Assembly: GCA_951406725.2 (NCBI GenBank)
Contig: OX597815.1
Location: 172,670,001 to 172,734,000, forward strand
Direction of reading: 5' to 3'
Origin: Octopus vulgaris
Taxonomy: Eukaryota
Length of the DNA stretch: 64,000 bases
Positions 52,183 to 64,000 of this stretch are shown piece after piece. The notes under the pieces are model-generated. The model was not told the DNA's origin, did not search any database, and saw only the letters and a list, made by a program, of their open reading frames with translations. Numbering within the stretch: position 1 is the stretch's first letter; the number at the start of each line of letters is the position of its first letter. The position numbers and the translations under genes are program-made.

Positions 52183-55100
52183 AATATACATATACTCATA
52201 TTTTGAATTCTGTTTTTCTGTTTGCATCAACACACACACATATATACATATACATATCATCATCATCGTTTAACGTCCGTTTTCCATGCTAGCATGGGTT
52301 GGATGGTTTGACCGGGGTCTGGCAAGCCAGGAGGCTACACCAAGCTCCAGTCTGATCTGGCAGTGTTTCTACAGCTGGATGCCCTTCCTAACACTAATCA
52401 CTCCAAGAGTGCAGTGGGTGCTTTTTACATGCCAGAGGAGGCTGGCAGCAGTCACAATCGGTTGGTGCTTTTTACGTGCTACCAACACAGAAACCAGTCA
52501 TATATATATATATATATATATAAAACAAGCTTCTACACTATTTTTATCAATCATATTCACTCATAAGGCATTAGTCACTCTGGGGTTATAGTCACAGGTA
52601 TTTGCCCAATGTGCCATGCAGTAGAAGTGAACCTGAAACCACATGGATGCTCCATAAGCTTCTTAACCACCATGCTTGCACCTATGATAATTTGATACTT
52701 TGATAAGTTCAAAACATGCCAAGGTTGTCTTCGATTTTCATTCTTCAGTATTCTAAGAATATAACTAAGATTGATTTGAAGAAATATGCTTCTACATTAT
52801 AAAGATTGAACTTGCATCAAGTCAAACATGATCTTACTCATTTCCTTGTTATATTTCTTTTTTATGAAGTATTTGGAATTACAATGTTTCTATACATTTT
52901 TTTTTCTGTATTTATTGTATTTATTTCTGTTTTCTCATCAGACTCTTTCTTTTTTATATTTTCCATATTCTATGCAATATAACTTGCTAATCATAATGTT
53001 TTTAATCTTTCACTGATTCCATCCAGAAGACTATGGCTATATTAAGCATTTAAATTGCTATGGCACTCAGATTACAATGTCAGATGTATCCTATCATGGT
53101 ACTTTCATGAGTCCAGCAAAAACAGTTCTGCAATTTCTTGCTGAACAACCTGCACAGGTGATTTATTTACAGGTGATCAAATGTTTGTACTGTACATAAG
53201 CTCACTCCCTCCATCAAATCAAAATCCTCTATGCAGGTGCAAGGTGTGCTACACGTCAGAGGTGGAAGTAATCACAGAGCCATGCAAGATGTAGTGCTTT
53301 GCTCAAGAACAAAACACACTGCCCAGTGCTTAGTTATCCACATTGTTTTGAATTAATTATGCATTATTTCATAGTTTTAAAATCCCAATGATGATTGTTT
53401 ATTTTTAGAATCACATTGTAGGATAGGTGTGAGAGGACAGACCTGGCTAGTTTTAACATAAAACAAGTAGAATATTCGGATCAAATATGTCAGATTTAAA
53501 TATTAAAAGGTTATGGTATCATCATTGATGTTTTTGGAAATGTTAAGATTATTTTTCTTAGATCCTGTGATTGTGATTGTCCAAATAGAAAGAATGCTGC
53601 AATTTGAGTTGATAAAGAAGAATGGCTTCAACTTGCAATAAACAACTTCAGAGAAGAGCTTGGCTATATGGGACTGTCCTTTGGATAAGGTTCAGAGAGC
53701 AATTTGCATTCCATTCATTATATGGTTCCACACTAAAAGTACTGTTCCACCGGAACCTTTTTTTTCAGACTTGACATATATTATCATTTTAACACACATA
53801 CATGCAAGTTCACACACATACACTTTATAACAAAACTAAAACTAAAAATGGGTTTTATATAAGCTCTGGCATGTACAACTAACTCTCTTGAGCACAAAAT
53901 TTGAGCAATAGTGAGAAGACTAAATATTTAATTGTATTGATTTGTTTCCTGTAAGCAAAAGGACAATTTTAAAGAGTCAACTGAATTGATTTGAATATAT
54001 TACTAGTACTTATGTGAAAGCACATGTAGTGCTTTAGGTATTGAGCTCATTATCACTAGATAGAGTTCCATTCTTGGCTTGGGTAATATGTTGTGTTTTT
54101 GAGCAAGACACTTCATTTTACATAATTCAGTCAACTCATTGAAATGAGTACCAGTGACATCTTGGGTTGGGAGAGTTAACCCCACAAGATAACAACTTAT
54201 TGTTCAATAGAAAGTATACTACACTCATTCATTTAAGCACCATGGAAACTAAGATAAGTTCCACCCTAATGGGCCAATAAGTTCAAGACAGACTTTGACT
54301 TTTACCTAGTGATATGTATTTTAGCAACATTACAAAGACAAGTTTATATCTGGTAAAACTGATGTAAATTAAAACTAGTTTTCTTCCACAAAAACACATG
54401 ACAGATATGAAAGGCTACCAGAATCAACATAATTTGGTTGATGATGGATTAAACATATAATTTAGAGAAATGCTTTTACTGATATGCCAGAAGAAAGTAG
54501 CATCATAATGTGTATAAGAAAGAAGGAAAAATAGAAAAGAAAACCAACACACACTTAAAAAGCACTAACAAGGATTTATTTTCAATAGTTGAAATTTTCA
54601 ATAATAAATGAAATTTAGAAACTACATTTTGATAAAAATATATTAAAATTAGAATTTTTAAGAATTTTCTAGACAGTGTAGACTTCAATAGTTGCTTTCT
54701 TTTCGTAAAAGATACATACTAACCTGCTTCTTGCAATAGATACGTCTAAAGCAAAAATTTTTCATGGACCCTTAAAATAATACTGTAGATCCCAAATTTA
54801 CTATTTTGCATGCATAGACCAGTTGAGGACCATTGATAAAGAGAATATTGTATTTTCCAGCATACAAGTTGAATTTTTCAAAACAAAAATTTACAACCAA
54901 AAAAGGTAAATTGACTTATGCATCAAGACAACTTTGGAAGATCAAAAATTCCATGTGAAATGCAACAAGATTTGGAAAGATAGTGATGATGTTTGAATGT
55001 TTACATTATATATTTTCATTTTGTTGTATACTTGTATGTCAGAAAATATGGCAAAAATATTGATGTTTAATATAAGCACCAGCCCTCAAATTTGAGGGAA

Positions 55101-55842
55101 GAGTATATTTGATTAAATCAGTCCCAGTACTGGACAGGTACAAGACCTAGAAAAGATTGCAGACAAATTTGCTATATGACTTTTGGAATTAGAGAAGAGG
55201 TTGCTGGACTTGGTCAAAATGGGGACATATCATCTATGGTTGATAATAGCAAGTTTTTAAACAAAATTTTTAAACAGCCTACTTTGAATATGAGTATATA
55301 ATGTGACACAACACAGGATCACACTAAAGAAAGGATGCTTAATTATTTTTCTTCAAAACTCAGATGTTCCACATATGTGCAATGGCACAATGTTGGTGGT
55401 CAAACAACTAATATGACACCTGATCAAAACAGCAATACTAATACATTGAGCTGCTGCTGAGGATGTGTTTGTCTCAGGAATTTCAATCATTCCCAGTAAC
55501 ATCCCATTTGAATCTAAAAAGTTGCAGTCAGTGTATGTTTTACTATAACCATCAACAAATTCTAGGGGCAAATATTAAAGACAACTGAATTACAATTGGA
55601 GCTACTGTACTTGTATAATCAATTTTTTATTACTGGGTCATGAATTATGATGCAAAAAGACTTGTATGTATATACTCCACAGGAAAAAAAAAGTCAAATA
55701 TTGTTTGGAAAGAAGCTTGAATATAATGTAATTTATCTTTTAGTGTATATTAAGTACAGCATTTATTCTTTGACTCTTTACCCAAGGCAATGCCAAGTAC
55801 ATACATATGCATGCATATGTAAGCATATGAGTATGTATGTGA

Positions 55843-55880
<38 letters not shown>

Positions 55881-56821
55881 ATGTGTGTGTCTATGTATGT
55901 ATGCATGCATGTATATGAATATATACGCAAATACACACACATATATATCTATATTTATGTTTGTATTTTTTTCCTGTTACATTCTATATTGTTGAAAAAA
56001 ACCTAAGAATATGGCGTACACATAAGAATTGTAATAGGCACTGGAAAAACTGATTTTTTAAAAAAAAAACATTCATTTGTGGTAATTATAAACGCTATGC
56101 CAGTATTAGCAGAGTAAAAAAAAATGCTAACAAAGAAAATTATTAAAAACTTTGAAGTAAAATATTCTTTTATATTATATATTTATTCATTTATTTTTGT
56201 ACGCTTCACTGAAGTTTGATTTAAACCATCTTCTGAAAATGCATATAGATCAACACTTTTTAACAAACTTCAGATAGTCAGCATCTTTTCAAGGAATTTA
56301 CTTAAAATATTCTCAGTTCCAAGTTCTAGATCACAATTTTGTACCTAGCTACCTGAAATTTAGCATAGAGCTGCAAATTCAAAGGTAGGTCATAGGCTAT
56401 GTAATTTTAATGATACTTTTTATAAAGCCAGGCAACACTGGGTACTACTGCTAGTGTAAAATATATAAGCAATTTAGCTAAGAGGAACTTCTGCTGAAAG
56501 TGGCACAAAATAAAAAAAATTTTTTAATCAATAGATAAACCAAACAAAACAACATCTGTGACAAGATGAGAAAGAAAAATCAATTGTACCATTGATAAAT
56601 GATGTAAATAGATCTAAAACAGAATATTTTGTAAGCTAGAGTGAAAGGGAGCTTCAGCCAGTATGTTTGGTACCAAGTTACAAAATGAAAAATAAATAAA
56701 TAAATCTTACATTATTAGATCAAATAAAATTAAGAAATAAGACACTGACAGGTAGAGTCATTCACTGCTGGATAATCAAATAGCTGAAGAATATCTGCAT
56801 CTAATTAACCTACTTTGTTGA

Positions 56822-56823
<2 letters not shown>

Positions 56824-56870
<47 letters not shown>

Positions 56871-56880
56871 AATCAATCAA

Positions 56881-56917
<37 letters not shown>

Positions 56918-56982
56918 TTATCAATCTCTCTCTCTCTCTATCTATCTACCTATCTATCTATCTGTCTACATACCTATCTATC
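56824..56982. repeat. (TATC)n/(TC)n compound microsatellite
   Basis: Direct observation. Confidence 0.95.
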
Positions 56983-57443
56983 CAGCTAGACAGCATCTTG
57001 TAGTACCAAATATGAAAATCATATATTAAAATTAAATTAATCATAATAGTAATAATATTAATTTAATAATGTTTGACAAAAGTGATAAAGTTAATTAGAT
57101 AGTATACATTAATAATAAGCAAATTAAAGTATTAAGAAAGCAACAAAGAAGAGACTACATTTTACTTCAATGACCTATGTGTGTTAGGATAGTAAAAAAA
57201 AATCAATTAACTGTAACATAGTCAGTCCTTCCTTTGGAGGGACAGTGTATGTTATAATTATATTTGTCTTGTGACTAACTCTGAAGAGATAGAATGAAAA
57301 ACTTCAATGACTACTGGGAAGTTTCGTGAGTAGTGTAAAGAAAAGTCAGCTCTAGATTTCTTTCAGACATGCACCACCATATAAACTCTAACAGATCTAT
57401 CAGTGTCTTTTGTATTAATAAATTGAGTCTGCTTTATGTAGGC

Positions 57444-57770
57444 CAGTGGTTCTCAACTGAGGTCCATATTGCCCCTGAGTGTCCATGTAAGATTTTTGGG
57501 AGTCCACACAACAAAATAATAAATTGGAGATCCATGATAGTATTTTAAGGGCCCCTGAAAAAATTTTGCTTTAAATGTAGGTATTGCAAGAAAAAGCTAG
57601 GTTTCTTTCCCTAACATTTTATATAGTTCAACCTACAGTAATTAATGTGTGAAAACATTAATAAATAGCATTCTATAAAACTAGTTTTTAAACATTGAAT
57701 GGCGATGGAGGTCCACCAGAATAAAATAGCAATCAAAGGGGGCCATAAGAAAAATCGTTGAGAACCCCTA
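57444..57770 (+). mobile_element. hAT (Charlie-like) MITE
   Basis: TIRs CAGTGGTTCTCAAC / GTTGAGAACCCCTA. 8-bp TSD ATGTAGGC / ATGTAAGC. A partial inverted copy lies at about 54690-54835. Confidence 0.88.
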
Positions 57771-59439
57771 ATGTAAGCTGTAACCATTTCTGTCTTGATT
57801 TTATTTTATAGGAGTTAAGAGTGAACAACTAATAGCTATATACCTATTATGCGTAAGATGAAATTTCTTTATATACTAAGGACCTAAAATAGCATAACAT
57901 TATTTTGGGGTGTTAAATGGTTGGGATTAGTGGTTTAGTGCTTCTATGGATCTTACTACATTGTTTTAGTTTGTATATTATTCTTAGTGTATACTAAATC
58001 ATTCCAAGTACACAAACTAAAACATTGGTAATGCAAGAAAGGTGTTACATTTTACTTCAATAGTTTTTGTACGTTGAAATTGTTACAAGTGGATTGCATC
58101 ACTAACAACATATAGGCATATACACACATCATCATCCTTTAACATCCATTTTCCCAGCTTGCATGGATAAGATAGAATTTGTTGAAGCAGGTTTTCTACA
58201 CCCAGATGCCCTCCCTATCACCAACTCTCACCTGTTTCCAAGCAAGGTAATATTTTCCCATAGCTAGACTTGTTTTTCAGAAAAGGACTACAATAACCTC
58301 ACTTGTACGACAATGATGCTCGTTTACAACCATCACATGATGTCTGGACATAAACATGCACAGAGACACAGAGACACAAACACGATATATATGTGGTGGG
58401 CCTCTTTCTGTTTCCATCTACCAAATCCATGCAGAAGGTCCTGGTCAGCCTAGGGCTATATAACAAGACACTTGCCCAAAGTGCCTCAAAGTGGGACTGA
58501 ACCTAAGATCACATGCTACATGGTTAGGAAACAAGCTTCTTAACCACACAACCATGACTGTGTCAATAACATACTCATAGTTTTATAAATATGTTACTAT
58601 CTCTTTTAAACCATAAAAAAACAAATTTATTTAACAATATCATTCAACTTAAGACACTGTTGCAAATATTTCATTTGTAGGTACTTCAAATCAAACTGTT
58701 GCTGTTGTTATTTAGCCCTACCCAGATAATTCCTAACCAAACAGATAACACGATCAAAGGACAACAATAAATGTCCTCTCTTCTTATAAAAGAGACCACA
58801 CATTGTCCAACATTTTCTTCTTTATTTAAAACAACAGGGTGTGATTTTATTGAATTTTGAAGATCAAACAACTACATACAAACTTCCTCTTTTCCTTGAT
58901 TTTTTCTTTCTTTCTTTTTTGTTTGTTTGTTTCAGCCATTTGATTTCAGCATGCTGGAGCACTGCTTTGAAGGATTTTCAGTTGAACAAATTGAACAAAT
59001 TTCAGTTTAACAAATTGATTTATTTCTTAAGCCTAGCACTTATTTTATTGGTCTCTTTGGCTGAACTGCTAAGCTATGGGGGTGTAAACATACCAGCACC
59101 AGTTGTCAAGTGGTGATGGAAGGACAATTACAGTCTCACACACACAGACATATATATACGACATGCTTCTTTCAGTTTCCATCTACCAAATCCACTCATA
59201 AGTCTTTGGTTAGCCTGAGGCTATAATAGAAGACACTTGACCAAGGTACCTTGCAATGGGACTGAACTCAAAACCATGTAGTTGGGAAGCAAGCTTCTTA
59301 TCACATAACCACATCAACTTAAGAACTTACTTGTTTGTGCTATTATGATTTCTATGCTATTTTTATTTCTTTTTTTTTTTATTGGCTTAGCCAAGAAGAA
59401 GGAGCAGTGCTCATGATCTTTTCCTGCTCCCCAAGACTA

Positions 59440-59740
59440 ATGAAACTGATAAACAGTTTATGTTCATTTTGAATATTAAGTAAGTCAACACATGCAAGAC
59501 AAACAAGGAGAGGAGATTCCAGAAAATTGACAATCTGGGGATGAAAGATTAAGCTTAAGATTGGTTGGTGCAGAATTTGCATAGTGAGACAAAGCAAGGA
59601 TGATGAGAAGAGGTTTAAAAAAGTGTAAAGGATAGGCTTGGGTAGAAGATGTATGCAGCTAGCTCAATGAGAGGAACAAAGATCATTGCAGAAGCAAAAG
59701 AATAGGAAGAGAGAAAGAAAACACCTCATCTATTGGCCAG
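59440..59740 (-). mobile_element. CR1/L2-group LINE 3' remnant (60300-60660 may be an upstream piece)
   Basis: Decayed ..ELAA..HP..V.L....T...SFIPR...FWNLLP-like ending. Confidence 0.4.
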
Positions 59741-61078
59741 AAACTATTGTGTGTTGGTAAGCCAAAGATTGTAGTGTGTTCTCTAACTGATAAAATAAGC
59801 TATTTCCATAAGTCAAAAAAATATCAAATTCTTGGCTACAGTTGTGCTTTCTGTCAAGCAGAAAAAGATTACTCTCCCTTGGTTCAGAACACATTATATA
59901 GGAAATATACTGATACTTAAAACCTGAGAAGTGTTATTTTTTCACAGTTAGAAATGTAGAGCATGATTTTTGTTGGGTTTTTTTTTATCTCATTTAGTCT
60001 GACAAAGAATAACATTGCATGTAATTATTTTTAACTCTTCCTACACTAAGAAATGATAGTATGACCAAATTCATAGGATACCAGACAACCAGTTGAGAAG
60101 CTGGTGACTAATATTCAGATAGTGGTACTGCTTTTGTACCTTTATTCAAGAAACATAACAGACCACCTAACTAAAATAGTTACTGAATGGTATTGTAAGT
60201 AGTATGGGCACTGTAACATTGTTGAGTGTTTTGTTAGCTTCAAGATCTGGATTCAGCTTTTCCTGTGGGCATAACTTATAGTGGGATAGGCTCTGTTAAG
60301 CTGAATTACCTCCTGATACTCTACATGAAGACAAGGTTGTCAGTGGTGTTCCTGTGAACGAATAAATTATAAGACCCAACAAACTGAGTGGTTGGAACAG
60401 TTTGGTGATGTTAATAAGGTTGATACTCAAGTCTAAATTCTTGAAGGTTGAAGGAAAAGAGAAATCCAGATGAGTTCTGGGTTTGGAAAAAGAATTGCAA
60501 AAATCCATGGGAGGTGAGATACAATAAAAGTGATGTAGAGAGGAGGTGGTATACAATTAGCATGTTAAGAGGAACAGAGCCCAATTTAGTCAGCAGAAGA
60601 GACAGCTTTATTGGAGGGTGTCAGTGAAGGTTTGCCAGTTAGGTAGGTGGCCATTTATTTTGGAAGTGCTCCAGAATGTCTGTGTGTATGTATCTTAGAT
60701 ATGTATGAGTGTCTCAGAAATGTGTGTGTGTCTTAGATATGTAGTTGTCGCTTAGATATGTATGTGCCTCTCAAACATGTGAACAGTTTTCTAGTGTAAG
60801 AAATACTTGGTTTAAGAAAATTAAATATCACCCCCTAATATAATTAAGACTTCCAAGTAACATAGCAAAAAGCAAAATTAAATAAAGCACATATTGTTCA
60901 ACACATATGAATTAAAACAGATGTTAATCTATTATTGATTGTTATTATTATTTTATTTCCATTTCACTTCTCAGAGCTCTTGATTTCACTTGCTCCAGTT
61001 GATTCTCACAAGGTCTCTTTCCACAATACTTAATACCCAAGTATCAATCTCAAGATCTTCACTGTCCCCAATAAAGCA

Positions 61079-61113
<35 letters not shown>

Positions 61114-61120
61114 CATTATT

Positions 61121-61980
61121 GTCTTTGCACAGCTTCTAATGCTAGAGATGTACTATAGTGTCAGCTGTTCACTACCAGTGAACTAAGGTAACGCCTCTTA
61201 TTTTTCAAGCACCTTCTGGAGAATTCAAGTGGTTCCAAGCAGTGCTGTTTTCTGTAAGTGCTCCACCCTTATTGCAGCCCCTACTTGTTCCATGTAGTTC
61301 TCGAGATTTTTGTTCACTGTTCCCAGGGCTCTGACAATTATTGGTACTACTGCTACCTTTTTCATTGACCACAACTACTTAACTTCCCAAGCTAACCTGT
61401 CAATCTCTCGACTTTTCTTTTTTCCTTATTGCATACCTTGTTGTCAGCTGGGCATGCTATATCAATGATCCAGCATAGTTTGTTTTCTTTCTCAATTAAG
61501 ACTATGTCAGGCTTCCTATTCTCTATCTCATGGTCACACTGAATCATAAAATTCCATAGGATCTTTGCATTTCTATTTTCGATGATGCCTTCAGGTTTGT
61601 GGTTGTACCAATTTTTTGCTCTGTCAAGTCCATGCTTGTTGCAGAGTGTCCAATGGACAAGCCTGGCTATATTGTCATGGCATATCTTATATTCCTTCTG
61701 GGCTAGTGGCATACATTGGCTGGTATGCCATATGGGTTTCACTGTTTTGTCCACAGATTCTGCACTTATCACTTTCTGCTGTTTTGTCTATTCTGTATTT
61801 TATATAGTTTGTTCTTAGTGCTTGCTCTTGGGCAGCACAGATTAGAACTTCCGTTTCTGGTTTTAAATCCCTTTTAGTCATCCACAGCCATCTTTTTTCT
61901 CTGTCTGTTTTCAACATCCCTATGAAATTAATCATGTATTCTTTACCCACCTATTTTCAGTTTCATTTGTTTTCAGTTGC
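61121..61980 (-). mobile_element. Dong/R4-clade non-LTR retrotransposon, 5'-truncated, embedded in (TAA)n
   Basis: LKPETEVLICAAQEQALRT, zinc knuckle CRICGQNSET..H...C, HDNIARLVHW, RKPDIVLIEKENKLCWIIDIACP (RLE PD..D), EHLQKTALLGT. (TAT)n on both sides. A second 3' end lies at about 60950-61080. Confidence 0.92.
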
Positions 61981-62026
<46 letters not shown>

Positions 62027-62258
62027 CATTAAGGTAGTGAGCTGGCAGAATCATTACCATGCCAGGCAGAATGCTTAGCAGCATTTCATTCATCCTTACA
62101 CTGAGTTCAAATTCCGCTGATGTCAACTTTGCCTTTCATCCTTTCGGGGTCAATAAATTAAGCACCAGTCAAGTACTGGGGTCGATGTAATTAACTATCC
62201 CACTCCCCACAAATTCCAGGCCTTGTGCCTATAGTAGAAAGGATTATTATTATTATTA

Positions 62259-62304
<46 letters not shown>

Positions 62305-62460
62305 AGCATCAACAAAGATCAGTTAAACAACTTATTGCATATTACTTTCAACCTGGACATCTCTGGTCCAGACATCTCTGGTCTGGTTATATTACCAAGG
62401 GAATTACCAGTTTGAGATAAACTCTCCAGACACAATATTTTAGAGAGGAAACAAAAAATG

Positions 62461-62659
62461 ATTTTGTTGTGTCTGGGGAGAGTCATACTGCCTTAATAAC
62501 GAACACACTCACCAGTTCAATTTCCACTAATTTACTTATTTTTCTTATGTCTTCCAAAATTTTGGAAGACACAAAATAAAAAATATAAGAGTGGAAATTG
62601 AACTGGTGAGTGTGTTAGTTATTAAGGCAGTTTGGCTCTCTCCCCGGACACAACAAAAT
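62461..62659. repeat. About 200-bp near-perfect palindrome
   Basis: Centre GTCTTCCAAAATTTTGGAAGAC. Arms ACACACTCACCAGTTCAATTTCCACT / AGTGGAAATTGAACTGGTGAGTGTGT and ATTTTGTTGTGTC / GACACAACAAAAT. Confidence 0.95.
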
Positions 62660-64000
62660 TTGTTTCAACACACAAATTCACATAAAGAATCTTGCAAACC
62701 AAATACAAAAAAGAAGTAAAATATAATTTGAAAATCTCAAGTTATGTCATGCTGAACATTCCAAAACAGGATGAAACGATATCATACAGGGCTACTATAA
62801 TAATAATAAAGAATAATAATAAAAAAATTATATGAAATAAGATGTATGCTCTTCTCACTCTTTTCACTCTGAAAAAAAAAGAAAATTTCTCCATAGAAGA
62901 CAAAAGAAGGATAGGCTTAGAAACGATTATCTCCCCCTGAGCAGCAACTTGCTTTCATTCTTTGTCTCTACTGCAGTAATATACAGCTTCCAGTAAAACT
63001 ACCATGTGTAAAAAATATAAGTAGTTAACAGGCACAATCTGGATTATTTAATTTCAAAAAAGAAGGCTACAATATCCATATACACACATATAATTATAAA
63101 TAAGTTCATACATCCACCACACTGACCCCGCCACACATATACATATATTCATATATAGACATTTCCCAAGAATTATATCTGTATTTGTGATGTAGAATAT
63201 ATTAAAACTTTGTTTTTAACTTAATGATATTTGATTATTTTCAGTTTAATTAAAAATTGATCTAGGATTCATTTGTGTTTCATCCCTGTTGCCTTTTAAC
63301 TTTCTATAATAAAAAAAATATTCTTTTATAATCATAGCTGTTTAAAAGATTCCAGCTTGCTTTTTGTATTATTATTTGGTAATTATAATCCCTGCTGATA
63401 CATCTTCCTGCAGTAGTAGTCCTCAGAATATCTTCACTGACTCTGTAGCAGATTTACTTAGCTAAATCTCCAAATAGCCTTATGTATCTGACATTAACAT
63501 TAGGGGTTTTGTTGTTGTTGTTGTTGTTGGGTTTTTTTGGGGGGGGGGCAGATTGCCACTATTGTTATATATTCAACTATTTTCTAATTTATATGATGTT
63601 TGCCTATGATAAAAATTTATAGTGAAAGTCTTCCTACAATTAGATATTCTCATATCAGGGAGTTGAAAAACAGTATGCTAGCTCTACAAGAAATCAAAAA
63701 ATGTAGGATTCTGTACAACAATATTTCAAGAATGCAATATTTTAAGCCTTTAGCATTTAAACCAGCCATACCGAGCCCAAATATTCTACTTGTTTAACTT
63801 TCAAATGGACCATATCTGGCTTCCTGTACCTACCCTACAATGTCATTCTAAAAATAAATAGTTCAATAAAAGCTCAAAGCTACAAGATAATGGATGATTA
63901 ATTCAAAACAATCATTATTATCATCATCATTTAACATCCGTTTTTCCATGCTGGCACAGGTTGGTTGCTTTGACAGGAGCTGAAAAGATGGGAAGCTGCA

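Noticed and set aside
55353-55571. 72-aa minus-strand ORF as an upstream Cav beta exon
   Set aside because: TTG start, no resemblance to Cavb N-termini and no convincing donor.

Overview
AT-rich, microsatellite-dense eukaryotic DNA, most likely a cephalopod (Octopus-type); this is inferred from repeat content and the gene. The only host gene I can support is the 5' part of a voltage-gated calcium channel beta subunit (CACNB/Cavb) on the minus strand. It has four clear internal exons (35404-35520, 22279-22401, 14538-14671, 12709-12770; N-terminal helix, SH3 and HOOK) with matching splice phases, plus a plausible short first coding exon (45499-45549) under a TE-poor promoter/5'UTR block. I found no GK-domain exons; they probably lie beyond position 1. 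The rest is intron/upstream sequence filled with decayed mariner elements, hAT and piggyBac-type MITEs, Helitron ends, RTE/CR1/Dong(R4)/Penelope retroelement fragments and several SINE families. The main unexplained signal is a set of short non-coding elements carrying minimal type-I hammerhead ribozyme folds from at least three sequence families, often arranged as fold-backs. One is fused to a tRNA-derived head. Together they suggest Penelope-dependent, ribozyme-bearing non-autonomous retroelements. Nearly all other ORFs in the supplied track are microsatellite or SINE artefacts.
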